NCBI GenBank assembly: GCA_963643725.1
Contig: CAVILR010000003.1
Coordinates: forward strand, 4,578-68,577
DNA length: 64,000 nt
Direction of reading: 5' to 3'
Source of the DNA: Lachnospiraceae bacterium
Lineage (GTDB): Bacteria; Bacillota_I; Bacilli_A; RFN20; CAG-826
Both the position numbers and the translations under genes were made by a program. The notes under the pieces are model-generated. The model was not told the origin of the DNA. It made no database searches and worked only from the letters and a program-made list of their open reading frames with translations. Positions 47,037-57,708 of this stretch are shown piece after piece; position 1 is the first letter of the stretch, and the number at the start of each line of letters is the position of its first letter.

Positions 47037-47978
47037 CTATTCAATGTTCGCGTGTTTCTTAAAGAAAGAGACCATTGCATTATTGCACTTTAAACCCTCG
47101 TTATCATAGACGAAATGATTATAGACGTGACCAATGCGTTTATCGGATGTTGTTTCAATTAGAAATTCGGCATTGAGGTTATATTTTTCAGCATCTCTTT
47201 TAAGCTTCAGCGTTTGATCTAAAAACATATCTTTGTAGGCGGACGAGGCGAGTAATGGCGATGTCTTATATCCTTCTAAGATATAAGTTCGAGGAGAAAC
47301 TTCATCCATATAGCCTTCTTCAAAACAATGTTTCGAAAACAATTTCTTTATATCCTTCTTTGATAAATATTTCTTGGCAATCTTCATCAACGATGAAAAA
47401 TCATACATGGTCGAATTGAGGGCGATACAGTTAATCTTGATATTAGGTACATGCTTTATAGAAAATTTATCCTGTAATTTCTTTGAATGAAGAATTAAAT
47501 CCACCATTAAAGCGATGTGTCCGCCGGCTGAGTCACCAATTAGGCATAATTTATCGGTATTAAAATGATAAACTAATCGGTTTTCTTCTATGAAGTCTAG
47601 TACTTTAAAGATGTCATGTACTTGTGCGATAACATCAACATTTTCGCTATTATTTATCAATCGATAATTAGGTGTAATAACTTGAAATCCTTGATTAGCA
47701 AACCATGATGAGAAGACTGTCTGATATTCCTTTTTTCCATAGACATATGCTCCTCCATGAATGTAAAGAATTAGTCCACCATTTTCATGATTTAAAACGG
47801 GAGAATATATATCCAATAGATGATATTCATCTTCATCAGAAACATACTCGATGTCTTTAAAAAGGCAATACGTACCAAAAGTTTTTGTCTTTTTGATGAA
47901 TTTTTTATCACCTTTAGACATCGAATGGATGAAGATATTAATCGGTATTCGTAAACACATAATCATAGAATAGCACAT
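47037..47978 (-). CDS. Alpha/beta hydrolase (esterase/lipase, HGG type)
   Basis: YIHGGAYVYG oxyanion motif and LIGDSAGGH nucleophile elbow. The start is uncertain (47978, or 47921 giving MSKGDKK). Confidence 0.75.
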   Translation of the reverse strand: MCYSMIMCLRIPINIFIHSMSKGDKKFIKKTKTFGTYCLFKDIEYVSDEDEYHLLDIYSPVLNHENGGLILYIHGGAYVYGKKEYQTVFSSWFANQGFQVITPNYRLINNSENVDVIAQVHDIFKVLDFIEENRLVYHFNTDKLCLIGDSAGGHIALMVDLILHSKKLQDKFSIKHVPNIKINCIALNSTMYDFSSLMKIAKKYLSKKDIKKLFSKHCFEEGYMDEVSPRTYILEGYKTSPLLASSAYKDMFLDQTLKLKRDAEKYNLNAEFLIETTSDKRIGHVYNHFVYDNEGLKCNNAMVSFFKKHANIE

Positions 47979-48003
47979 TTAATTTGTTAAAATTAATGAA
48001 GTT

Positions 48004-49149
48004 ATGAGTAAATACAAGAAAAGGTTCTATACGTCATTAATAACGCTTTGTTCAATTATTTTTATCTTTATTCTTTTATTGTTGCTTAGAACGAATTCGG
48101 ATATTTCCGAAGGATATTCGCGAACAATCTCACGAGTTGAACAATATATTTCATCAACACTTTTCTCGTATCTACCATTTTCAATGTTTGAATTTTTCAT
48201 CATCTTGCTCGTTTTATATATTCTTATATGGTTAATTCTTACAATCCGCCATTTGCATCGCTTTTCATTTCGCGGTTCATCGCGATATTTTCTAAATTTT
48301 GGTATCGTCATTTCACTTGTATTATTAACATATTTAGGTACGGCCGGAATGGAATATAATCGCTATCCAATAAGTGGAATTCCTCAATATGTAGAAGTGC
48401 TTGAAGACACGGACAAATATGAAGATATCGCCACCTATTTCCAAGATGACTATAACGAAATAGCTAAATCGTTTGAATACGATGAAAATGGTTTAATGAT
48501 TAGACCTTATTCCATCGACAAATTAAATGAAATTATGCTCGATGAGTTCAAAGTTTTTGATGAAGATGAATATTACACAAAGAAAACGACAAAAGCTAAA
48601 GAAATGCCAATATTAGGATTAATTTATCGCGAGCTCGGCATCACTGGCGTCGCTTTTGCGCCAACAGGCGAAGCCAATGTTAATCCTTATATCCCTGCAG
48701 GTGAATACGCTTTTACCTTAGCTCACGAAATAGCTCATACGAAAGGAATAATTCGGGAGAATGATGCTAATTTAGTCGCCGCGTATATTTGTTTAAATTC
48801 AGAAAATGAGTATCTTCGTTATTCGGGCTACGTTTATACGATTAGTTCACTATATTATCTAGTTCAATGTACAAATAATGATGAAGTAATAAAGAATTAT
48901 CGCAATGGTTTTTCAAACCTTATAATTAACGATTCTAAAGCGCGTTCAGCGTATTGGAATAAACATAACAAAGCGCATAAAATCGGAAATTTCTTCAATG
49001 ACTTGTATCTCAAATTTAATGGAACCGAAGGAACGACATCATATATTGATAAATCCGATATATCCAGTGAAAAAGGCAAATACAAAGTCAATTCGTATTC
49101 GCCTTATCAAGCCTTATATTTAAGTTTATATTTCGCTGTTAATGATTAA
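48004..49149 (+). CDS. DUF3810-like membrane zinc-metallopeptidase-like protein
   Basis: N-terminal TM segments and an intact HExxH (LAHEIAHTKG). Confidence 0.6.
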   Translation: MSKYKKRFYTSLITLCSIIFIFILLLLLRTNSDISEGYSRTISRVEQYISSTLFSYLPFSMFEFFIILLVLYILIWLILTIRHLHRFSFRGSSRYFLNFGIVISLVLLTYLGTAGMEYNRYPISGIPQYVEVLEDTDKYEDIATYFQDDYNEIAKSFEYDENGLMIRPYSIDKLNEIMLDEFKVFDEDEYYTKKTTKAKEMPILGLIYRELGITGVAFAPTGEANVNPYIPAGEYAFTLAHEIAHTKGIIRENDANLVAAYICLNSENEYLRYSGYVYTISSLYYLVQCTNNDEVIKNYRNGFSNLIINDSKARSAYWNKHNKAHKIGNFFNDLYLKFNGTEGTTSYIDKSDISSEKGKYKVNSYSPYQALYLSLYFAVND

Positions 49150-50726
49150 TTCTTTGATATCGAATTAATGTATTCAGTTTCCAATGCGACATCAAGTCGA
49201 GGGAATAGAGGTGAGCACTTACTAACTTTTAAGCCAGCGTATGGGCAGAACTTATAAACATTATCGTATGCTTGCAATTGTTTATTAACTCCAAATTGAG
49301 CAAAAACTTTCTCTTCAGTTTCCACGAGTACAGGGGAAAGTAATTTAGTTGATACGATGATGGAATTTACTAGTATTGCCATGACATTTTTAAGTTCATC
49401 AATTTTACCATCTTTGGCTAAAACCCACGGTTGTCTTTCCTCGATGAATTTATTGCTTGCGTTCAGCAAATTAGTAACAGCAATCAATGCTTCGCTAATC
49501 TTTAAATCATCCATATTGACTTCATATTCTTTAATAGTTTTTTCAGTCAATTCTTTCATCGCCTCATCAGAGCTTGAAAGGTCATTAATTTCTGGAACAA
49601 CACCATCGAAATATTTATTTATCATGGTAGAAACCCGATTAATGAGATTACCGAAGTTATTTGCGAGGTCGACATTTATACGTTCAGCGAATAATTCAGG
49701 TGTAAATCTTCCATCGCTTCCAAAGGAAAATTCACGCGCTAAAAACCAGCGAAGCGCATCGACTCCATAACGTTCAATTAATGGGAAAGGTGATACGACA
49801 TTGCCACGAGATTTTGACATCTTCTCACCGTTGAGATCAAGTAGCCCATGAACAAATACGCGGTCAGGCATTCTTAAGCCTAACCCTTTTAAAAACATTG
49901 GCCAATAAATGACGTGGAAACGTGAGATATCCGCGCCGACAACATGAACGATTTCTGCATCTTCGTCTTGCCAGAATTTCTTAAACAAGGAATCATCTTT
50001 GCTATCATAGCCTAACGCGGAAATATAATTTGTTAGAGCGTCGAGCCAAACGTAAACGATGTGTTTAGGATTTTCTCTAATTTGAATGCCCCAATCAAAC
50101 GAAGTTCGAGAAACACACAAATCGTTTAATCCAGGTTTAATGAAAGTATTCATCATCTCGTTTTTTCGATTAATCGGTAAAATAAATTTTGGATTTTCAT
50201 CCATTTCTTTTAATAGATCTGGTAAATATTTTTGCGTTTTAAAGAAATAAGCTTCTTCTTTCGCTTTATGAACTGGTCGATGGCAATCAGGACAAAGATG
50301 TTCTTCCCCAACTTGCGTGTCAGTCCAAAATGATTCACAAGGTGTGCAATACCAACCTTCATAGTTACCTAAATAAATGTCGTCATTTTCATAGAGCTTA
50401 GAAAAAACATCTTGAACAACATGGATGTGTCTTTCTTCAGTCGTGCGAATGAAATCGTCATTGGAAATGCGCATCGCTTTCCAAAGTTCCTTAAATTTAT
50501 TAGCAATTTCATCGACGTATTGTTGAGGAGTAACGCCTTTTTCTAAGGCTTTCTTTTGAATTTTTTCACCGTGTTCATCAGTGCCGGTTAAAAAATATGT
50601 TTCAACCCCGCGCATTCTTTTATATCTTGCTAAAATATCGCACATCGTCGTGCAATAGGCATGGCCAATATGCGCCTCTGCGCTCGGATAATAAATTGGT
50701 GTTGTTATGTAGAACTTGTTTTTCAT
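49146..50726 (-). CDS. metG: Methionine--tRNA ligase
   Basis: HIGH (AHIGHAY), KMSKS, and Zn knuckles CTPCESF/CPDCHR. The ATG at 50726 has an AAGGAG SD. Confidence 0.95.
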   Translation of the reverse strand: MKNKFYITTPIYYPSAEAHIGHAYCTTMCDILARYKRMRGVETYFLTGTDEHGEKIQKKALEKGVTPQQYVDEIANKFKELWKAMRISNDDFIRTTEERHIHVVQDVFSKLYENDDIYLGNYEGWYCTPCESFWTDTQVGEEHLCPDCHRPVHKAKEEAYFFKTQKYLPDLLKEMDENPKFILPINRKNEMMNTFIKPGLNDLCVSRTSFDWGIQIRENPKHIVYVWLDALTNYISALGYDSKDDSLFKKFWQDEDAEIVHVVGADISRFHVIYWPMFLKGLGLRMPDRVFVHGLLDLNGEKMSKSRGNVVSPFPLIERYGVDALRWFLAREFSFGSDGRFTPELFAERINVDLANNFGNLINRVSTMINKYFDGVVPEINDLSSSDEAMKELTEKTIKEYEVNMDDLKISEALIAVTNLLNASNKFIEERQPWVLAKDGKIDELKNVMAILVNSIIVSTKLLSPVLVETEEKVFAQFGVNKQLQAYDNVYKFCPYAGLKVSKCSPLFPRLDVALETEYINSISKN

Positions 50727-50814
50727 ATGAGGTACTCCTTGTTCTAAGCTAAAAAGATAGAAATAGTATCGTTTATTTGATAGTAAAAATCCACTCATTG
50801 AGTGGACAATTTAC

Positions 50815-51021
50815 TTATTTCTTTAATCCGTATTTCTTATTGAAGCGGTCAACGCGGCCATCATTGGAAACAAATCTTTGTTTGCCGGTGTAGAATGGAT
50901 GGCAATTTGAACAGGTGTCAACGTGCAAATCTTTGCTAGTTGAATGCGTTTCAAATGTTGCTCCGCAGGAAACACAAGTAACGGTAACTTTGTGAGTTTC
51001 TGGGTGAATTCCTTTTTTCAT
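50815..51021 (-). CDS. rpmE: 50S ribosomal protein L31 (Zn-ribbon, C+ form)
   Basis: 68 aa, [10 protein letters not shown]..., CVSC...[10 protein letters not shown]. Confidence 0.95.
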   Translation of the reverse strand: MKKGIHPETHKVTVTCVSCGATFETHSTSKDLHVDTCSNCHPFYTGKQRFVSNDGRVDRFNKKYGLKK

Positions 51022-51283
51022 AATTAACTCCTTCCGCCTTAAGCCTTGTAGGTCTTAAAGAAAGTAACGTTGATGATTTTAGCATTGCTAAGCGCGTAAA
51101 ACAATAATCGAATTTCACTAAAATTAACAAAACTAATTTTTCCCCTAAAGGGGAAGGTTTTGATAGTTCTACATTTTATAATCTAAATTTCATCAATATT
51201 TAGACAACGTTTAATGTGTGCCTAAGAACTAATTAACTGCATTTTCGATTACACGCGTGTATAATTACAAAACAATCGATTTT

Positions 51284-52834
51284 ATGAAAGCAACTGAGAA
51301 ACAAAACATTAAAAAAATAATCATCGTCGGAGCGGGTGTGTCTGGTTTGACTGCTGGTATATACGCTCAAAAGCACGGTTTTATAAGCGAAATATATGAA
51401 AAGAATCCAACTAACGGGGGCTTGTGTACAACCTGGAATCGTAAAGATATGAAAATCGATGGTTGCATACATTGGCTGACTGGAACAAAAGAAAATACCG
51501 ATATCAATAAGCTATGGAAAGAAGTTGATGCTTTTGATAGCGATGACATCATCCATCCGGATAATTTTGGTTCAATTGAATATAACGGCAAAGTTTTTAC
51601 CTTTTGGTGCGACCTCGATAGATTAGAAAAAGAATTAATAGAGATATCACCAAAAGATAAGCGTTTAATTAAGCGCCTCAAAAAATTAACCATAAGATTT
51701 TATAAAATGCCTCTTCCTTTAAAGAAGCCGTTAAGCACCTTAAATGTATTTGATCTACTTAAATATGGCGTAAAAATGATTCCTTATTTGCCATCATTTA
51801 TCTACGCAATTAACATATCACAATCAAGATTTGCCAAGAAATTTAAATCGCAAGAACTTGCTTATATCCTTTCAAAAATCGTACCTGGAAGTGGGAATCT
51901 TTACACAACTTTATATGCCTATGGGACGGTTATATTTGGCAACGGAGGAGTAATTAGAGGCGGGAGCCAAACATTAATTAATAGACTAGAAGATAATTAT
52001 CGAAGGCTCGGAGGAATTATCCATAACAATTCTGAAGTGAGTGAACTAATTGTTGACAATAAAAAGGCGACAGCGATGAAACTTAAAAATGGGAAAATTA
52101 TCGAAGGCGATTATTTTGTGACATGCGTGGACGCTTATGAGGCAACGCGCAAACTCATCAAGAGCGATAAACGCGATCACCATTTATCAAAACGATTTAT
52201 AAAACTAGATAAATATCCTTTGCCTTCCGCGGTTTATATATCATTTTCCGTGAGCGTCGAGAAACTTAAATCATTAAATATTACATCAACATATGAATTT
52301 CCTTGTTCTCCGTTTACGGTTGCTAAAAAACAAGAATGTTCGATTAAAATTCGTGATTATTCATACGATAATAGCTTTATCAAAGACGGTCGCGTCTTAT
52401 TAACAGTTTTAGTTCACCAAGATGACCGCGATTATTATTATTGGAAAAAGCTACACGATAACTATAAAGATTATCTAAAGGAAAAGAATCTTATTGCTAA
52501 CAATGTTAAGGAACGTATTGAAGAACGCTTTCCTTCTCTTAAAAATGATTTAATTCTTCTTGATGTAACCTCACCAATAACATATGCTCGATACGTAAAC
52601 GCCTATCGAGGCGCCTATATGCCGTGGTCATTCACTGCTGATGGAAGACAACTTATGCACAATTCAAAAATGAGAGGATTAAAGAATGTTATCTTCTCAG
52701 GGCAATGGATTATTATGCCTGGAGGCATACCAATAGCCTTAATAAGTGGAAAATTTGCAATTCAATTAATTGCTAAAAAAGAACATAAATCAATGTATCT
52801 ACCAAAAACTTATCAATATCATTTATCAAAATAG
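51284..52834 (+). CDS. FAD/NAD(P)-dependent oxidoreductase (phytoene-desaturase/amine-oxidase-like)
   Basis: Dinucleotide fold KKIIIVGAGVSGLTAGIYAQKHG. The ORF-track GTG at 51257 lies inside a TATAAT (51260-51265), so the ATG at 51284 is preferred. Confidence 0.75.
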   Translation: MKATEKQNIKKIIIVGAGVSGLTAGIYAQKHGFISEIYEKNPTNGGLCTTWNRKDMKIDGCIHWLTGTKENTDINKLWKEVDAFDSDDIIHPDNFGSIEYNGKVFTFWCDLDRLEKELIEISPKDKRLIKRLKKLTIRFYKMPLPLKKPLSTLNVFDLLKYGVKMIPYLPSFIYAINISQSRFAKKFKSQELAYILSKIVPGSGNLYTTLYAYGTVIFGNGGVIRGGSQTLINRLEDNYRRLGGIIHNNSEVSELIVDNKKATAMKLKNGKIIEGDYFVTCVDAYEATRKLIKSDKRDHHLSKRFIKLDKYPLPSAVYISFSVSVEKLKSLNITSTYEFPCSPFTVAKKQECSIKIRDYSYDNSFIKDGRVLLTVLVHQDDRDYYYWKKLHDNYKDYLKEKNLIANNVKERIEERFPSLKNDLILLDVTSPITYARYVNAYRGAYMPWSFTADGRQLMHNSKMRGLKNVIFSGQWIIMPGGIPIALISGKFAIQLIAKKEHKSMYLPKTYQYHLSK

Positions 52835-52844
52835 GAGGCAAAAT

Positions 52845-54242
52845 ATGTTAAGCAAGAAACAAGCAATTGATGTCTTAAATGCTGGATTATCAACTGGAGC
52901 AGATTATGCAGAAATCTTCATTCAAGACAAACTGACTCAACGATATGTTGTAGAAAACGGAAAAGTAGATATCTCATCTATTAATCAAATCTTTGGCGCG
53001 GGCGTTCGTTTATTAAAAGGATTACAAAGCGTCTACGGCTACACAAACGATGTCACTAAAAAAGGATTATTAGATTTAGCAACCTTCTTAAGCGCTTCTT
53101 TTAGCGGAGAGCAAACATTAAAAGTGGAATCGCTTAAGGTTAAGAATGTTAAAAATAGACATCCTCATCTAAGACCACACGCCTTAGAAGATAGCAAAAC
53201 AAAAATTGACTATCTTAAAAAAGGTGATAAAGCTTTAAAAGAAGTGAGTCCAAAAATCGTTCGCACACAATGTGGGCTTGTTCATTACGAAGATAAAATC
53301 ACATTAATTAATTCTAAAGGCTTTATATATAAAGATAGCAAAGAAAGAGGAAGACTATTTCTAATGTGCGTCGCAGTTGACGGCGAAAAAATAGAAACTG
53401 GTTTTGCTGGACCTGGTGCAAGTGCAGGCTTTGAATATTTTGTTAACAATGTCGATGTCGAAAAACTCGCCAAAGAAACTGCAGATAAAGCGATTCTCAT
53501 GCTCGGCGCAAAAGAATGTCCAAGTGGAAAAATGCCAGTTGTATTAGGCAATGGTTTTGGTGGAGTTATCTTCCATGAGGCCTGTGGCCACGGCCTTGAA
53601 GCCAGTGCAGTTAGCAAAAACTTATCAGTATTCGCTAATAAATTAGGACAGCAAATAGCATCGCCAATTGTTACTGCATATGATGATGGAACTATCGTAA
53701 ATGCGTGGGGTTCTAATAACATCGATGATGAAGGAAATCCTACTCAAAGAACCACATTGATTAAAAACGGAATTCTCACTTCTTATTTAATTGATAACTT
53801 CAACGGAAGAAGGATGAATATGGAAGGTAACGGAGCTTGCCGAAGAGAATCATATCGTTATGAACCGACATCAAGAATGTCGAATACATTCATCGCAAAT
53901 GGCACATCCACACCTGAAGAAATCATTAAAGCCACGAAATTAGGCTTATATGCTAAATCGCTTAACGGAGGATCAGTAAATCCAGCTACTGGCGAATTCA
54001 ATTTTGGCTGTAGTGAAGCATATATTATCCGCGATGGCAAAGTTTGTGAACCAGTTCGTGGAGCAAGTTTGATTGGAAGCGGTGCAGAAGTATTAATGCA
54101 CATTGATATGATTGGTAACGATTTAGAACGTTCACAAGGTATGTGTGGAGCTGCATCTGGTAGTATTCCAACCGACGTAGGACAACCTACTATTCGAGTA
54201 AGTGAAATACTCGTCGGTGGAAATGGAGGGGAACTAAAATGA
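52845..54242 (+). CDS. tldD: TldD family metalloprotease
   Basis: AGGAGG SD. HEACGHGLE metal motif. 465 aa from the ATG at 52845. Confidence 0.88.
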   Translation: MLSKKQAIDVLNAGLSTGADYAEIFIQDKLTQRYVVENGKVDISSINQIFGAGVRLLKGLQSVYGYTNDVTKKGLLDLATFLSASFSGEQTLKVESLKVKNVKNRHPHLRPHALEDSKTKIDYLKKGDKALKEVSPKIVRTQCGLVHYEDKITLINSKGFIYKDSKERGRLFLMCVAVDGEKIETGFAGPGASAGFEYFVNNVDVEKLAKETADKAILMLGAKECPSGKMPVVLGNGFGGVIFHEACGHGLEASAVSKNLSVFANKLGQQIASPIVTAYDDGTIVNAWGSNNIDDEGNPTQRTTLIKNGILTSYLIDNFNGRRMNMEGNGACRRESYRYEPTSRMSNTFIANGTSTPEEIIKATKLGLYAKSLNGGSVNPATGEFNFGCSEAYIIRDGKVCEPVRGASLIGSGAEVLMHIDMIGNDLERSQGMCGAASGSIPTDVGQPTIRVSEILVGGNGGELK

Positions 54243-55564
54243 AAATAAACGTAAATAAATTTTTTGAACTTGCTAAAGAAAGCAAAATTGATGCATGTGA
54301 TCTATCATTGACAAGAAATAAAGAAACGAACATTTCTGTTTTCCATAATGAGGTTGATAGTTTCTCACAAAGCGATGCAACTTCATTAGTGGCTCGCGGA
54401 ATCGTAAACGGGAAAATGGGTACTGTGGCAACTGAGAAATTAGATAAGGAAACGCCTCAATTCCTGGTTAACTCCATTGTTGAGAACGCAAATAACATCG
54501 AATCTGATAGAACACCAACCATCTTTAAAGGAAGCGAAAAATATCATCGTAAAAATGTCTTTAATCCAGATGTTGTATCTGGAGACGTTAAAGATAAAAT
54601 TGAGCTACTTAAAACAATTGAAAAGAAATTGCGTGCGTATGATAAGCGCATTGATGAAGTCGCTACTGTTGCCTATAGCGAATCATTAACCGAATCACTT
54701 CTAATCAATTCATATGGATTAAAACTCAAAGATAAAATTGCTTCATGCACTTTCGTTGCAGAAGTCACGGCTAAAGAAGGGGATGAAATCAAAACTGGCT
54801 ATAAAGTTTTTGCCTCCCTTAACCCAAGCGAATTTGATGTAGATAAATTTGTTAAAGATGTTGCTGAGAACGCATTAAAGAAGCTCGGCTCTACTCAATG
54901 CAAGAGCAAAAAATATCCAACTGTATTAGAAGCGGAGCCATTCGCACAATTGCTTAAAGCATACTTATCTAATATGGATGCGGAAGCTGTTCAAAAGAAA
55001 TCATCGATGTTTGTCAATAAATTAAATCAACCAATTGCCAATAAGAAATTAACCATCATCGAGAATCCTCTTGAAAAGAATTTATTCTTCTCATATCACG
55101 ATGACGAAGGTGTAGCTACGACTAAGAAAACATTAATTAATAAAGGCGTCTTACAGTCATATCTATACACATTAGAAACAGCAAAAATTGACGGCGTTGA
55201 GCCTACTGGCAATGCAAGAGTTGGCGCAAAAGCAGTCGCCTCACTTAATTGCATATACGTTAAGCCAGGCAAGAAAACACTCGATGAAATGTTATCTTCA
55301 ATCAAAGAAGGTGTTTATATCACCAGCGTCGAAGGTCTCCATGCAGGGATGAACGCCATGAGCGGTAATTTCTCATTGCAAGCGCAAGGCTTTATGATTC
55401 GCGATGGCAAATTAGCGGAACCTTTATCATTAATTACTATTGCTGGAAACCTCGCAGACATGTTTATGAACATCAAAGAAATTGCCAAAGAACAAAAGAT
55501 GATTTTAAATGGCGTTTTCACACCAGATGTCTATTTCAAATCCTTAGCGGTTTCTGGTAAATAA
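54239..55564 (+). CDS. pmbA: PmbA/TldE family protein
   Basis: TldD/PmbA-fold paralog lacking the HExxxH. ATGA overlap with tldD. Confidence 0.85.
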   Translation: MKINVNKFFELAKESKIDACDLSLTRNKETNISVFHNEVDSFSQSDATSLVARGIVNGKMGTVATEKLDKETPQFLVNSIVENANNIESDRTPTIFKGSEKYHRKNVFNPDVVSGDVKDKIELLKTIEKKLRAYDKRIDEVATVAYSESLTESLLINSYGLKLKDKIASCTFVAEVTAKEGDEIKTGYKVFASLNPSEFDVDKFVKDVAENALKKLGSTQCKSKKYPTVLEAEPFAQLLKAYLSNMDAEAVQKKSSMFVNKLNQPIANKKLTIIENPLEKNLFFSYHDDEGVATTKKTLINKGVLQSYLYTLETAKIDGVEPTGNARVGAKAVASLNCIYVKPGKKTLDEMLSSIKEGVYITSVEGLHAGMNAMSGNFSLQAQGFMIRDGKLAEPLSLITIAGNLADMFMNIKEIAKEQKMILNGVFTPDVYFKSLAVSGK

Positions 55565-55587
55565 TATTTAATCCAAATTAATAAAGA

Positions 55588-55620
55588 GCCATCGTTGAAT
55601 GACTCTTTTATTTTTGATAA
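55588..55620 (+). terminator. Terminator after pmbA
   Basis: Stem aaagagccat / atgactcttt (one mismatch), followed by TATTTTT. Confidence 0.6.
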
Positions 55621-55700
55621 TAGTTTTAATTTAAGGTTTTCGAACAATCATAGATCGTTCTTTAGCTTCATTAACTAGAAGACAGATTGAGTAATGATTT

Positions 55701-56552
55701 TTATTTTTTGATATATAAAATGCCGATAGTTCCATAGCCGCAGTGGGAGGAAACGACGCATCCGGCGCGGGTTATTTCAATAATCTTTGGATCGACTAAT
55801 TGGGCAACTTGATCATAAACAAATTTTAATCCATTATCATCGATTCCAGCATGAGTTATCATCACGTGGTCAAAATCGATATTAGGCAAATCTTCTTTGA
55901 GTTCCTTGACCATTTCTAAATAAGCAGTTTTTATAGGACCACGAGGTTTCTTCTCAACTCCTAGTTTACCATCAACCATTTTTAGAATCGGATGAATATG
56001 CAAAAGAGTTCCGAATATAGCGGTAAATGTTGAACAACGACCACCTTTTCTCATGTAATCGAGTCTTTCAAGAACAAACTTTGCTGATACTTTATCAACA
56101 ATTGTTTCTAAATAATCAACGATTTCCTTTGCGCTTTTACCTTCATCGCGAAGTTTCGCAGCCTTTAAGGCTAATAAACCTGTTCCAGACGATAGATTTT
56201 TTGAATCTAGTGGGAAAACGCGGCCTTCTTCTAACTCATTCATAGCGATATGTATGTTTTGTAACGTCGTGGACAATCCGCCTCCAATGCCCATAAACAC
56301 AATATCGTAGCCATCATCAATGAATGGTTTTAATTTATCAACAAAAGTTTGAGGAGGGATTGCCGCGGTTGAAGGTAACGGACTTCCTTCTTTAACTTTT
56401 TTATAGATTTCATCAGGAGTGATATCAACTCCGTCTTTATAACTTTCTTCACCAAAATTAACGCTTAATGGCATAACAAATAAGTCATATTTCTTATAAA
56501 GTTCAGGCGTCAAATCGACCGTAGAGTCCACTACTATTTTTACTTTATTCAT
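55701..56552 (-). CDS. DegV family protein (second copy)
   Basis: [21 protein letters not shown] before the ATG at 56552. Confidence 0.88.
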   Translation of the reverse strand: MNKVKIVVDSTVDLTPELYKKYDLFVMPLSVNFGEESYKDGVDITPDEIYKKVKEGSPLPSTAAIPPQTFVDKLKPFIDDGYDIVFMGIGGGLSTTLQNIHIAMNELEEGRVFPLDSKNLSSGTGLLALKAAKLRDEGKSAKEIVDYLETIVDKVSAKFVLERLDYMRKGGRCSTFTAIFGTLLHIHPILKMVDGKLGVEKKPRGPIKTAYLEMVKELKEDLPNIDFDHVMITHAGIDDNGLKFVYDQVAQLVDPKIIEITRAGCVVSSHCGYGTIGILYIKK

Positions 56553-56655
56553 TCTCTTAGCTCCTTTTAACACAAAAAATTATAACAAATTATGTTTATT
56601 CTATATACCTATTCTCCTTAAAAATGTTAAAATCATTTTTATTGGAGGAGCATTT

Positions 56656-57321
56656 ATGTCGAAAGAAAAAAAGACAAAAAGCAAAGACAAATGCCGTTCA
56701 TTATGGAATGATTTTAAGGCATTTATATCAAAAGGCTCAGTTCTTGATTTAGCAGTTGGTGTTATTATCGGCGGAGCTTTCGGTGCTATCGTTACAGCCG
56801 TTGTTAACATTTTATTAAGCATCTGCACTTGGGGGGTTCCAGGTGGAATTAAGGGTTTAGTAATTACTTTGCCAGCAATTACTGATGCTCAAAAAGGTAT
56901 CGAAGGTATCGGGCAAACATTTGAGTTAAGTCAATTAAAGGAAATGACAAATCTCTACGCTCAGTCAAAAGGCTACGAGTTAACCGCGGATAATTATGCC
57001 GCGATGGAGAATGCATTAACAAGCAAGTACACACTTCACGGAACAAGATATTATTTTAATGGTTCTGCGATTATTGACTTTGGAACACTTATCAATGCAG
57101 TTATCAGTTTCTTAATTATTGCCATCGTTCTATTTATCATCGTTCGCGTCGCAGCAACCTTAAAACAAAGAAAAGCGGAATACGAAGCCAAATTAAGAGA
57201 AGAATATTACAAAAAACATCCTGAAGAAAGACCTGCACCTGTCGAAGAGGCAGCACCTCAACCAACCGAGACGGAACTTCTCGTACAAATTCGCGATCTA
57301 TTAAAAGAAAAGAAATCGTAA
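56656..57321 (+). CDS. mscL: Large-conductance mechanosensitive channel with an expanded TM1-TM2 loop
   Basis: [31 protein letters not shown] is the canonical MscL N-terminus and TM1. GGAGG SD. 221 aa. Confidence 0.85.
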   Translation: MSKEKKTKSKDKCRSLWNDFKAFISKGSVLDLAVGVIIGGAFGAIVTAVVNILLSICTWGVPGGIKGLVITLPAITDAQKGIEGIGQTFELSQLKEMTNLYAQSKGYELTADNYAAMENALTSKYTLHGTRYYFNGSAIIDFGTLINAVISFLIIAIVLFIIVRVAATLKQRKAEYEAKLREEYYKKHPEERPAPVEEAAPQPTETELLVQIRDLLKEKKS

Positions 57322-57329
57322 TTTATTTC

Positions 57330-57656
57330 ATGACAGTTATTGAAAAAGTCGATTATTTACTAAAATGCCTTGGTTTAACTGAAAGGCAATTTGCGAAGAA
57401 ATATCGTATTCGAAAAAATATTATCAATAAGTGGAGAATAGGCGCCGCCTATCCTAAGGCTGAAAACGTCGCTTATCTATGCAATAAATTTGGTTTATCT
57501 GTCGAAGACTTCCTCGATGATAATTCGACATTAGATATCAACGCAAAATACGCTGACGAGCATCGAATTCTTGGCAAAATTAGGTCAAATGAGACTAATT
57601 TCAATAACGAAGACTTTCCTAACGAGGATAATTCTCGTTACGAAGAAAGAGATTAA
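57330..57656 (+). CDS. XRE-family helix-turn-helix protein
   Basis: LTERQFAKKYRIRKNIINKWRIGAAYPKAENVAYLCNKFGLSVEDFL. Confidence 0.75.
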   Translation: MTVIEKVDYLLKCLGLTERQFAKKYRIRKNIINKWRIGAAYPKAENVAYLCNKFGLSVEDFLDDNSTLDINAKYADEHRILGKIRSNETNFNNEDFPNEDNSRYEERD

Positions 57657-57670
57657 TTAGATATTAAAAA

Positions 57671-57695
57671 GGTCTCCTTGTCGGAGATCTTTTTT
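57671..57695. terminator. Bidirectional terminator
   Basis: Stem ggtctcc / ggagatc with loop ttgtc, flanked by AAAAA and TTTTTT. Confidence 0.75.
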
Positions 57696-57708
57696 GATGT
57701 TGTTTATT

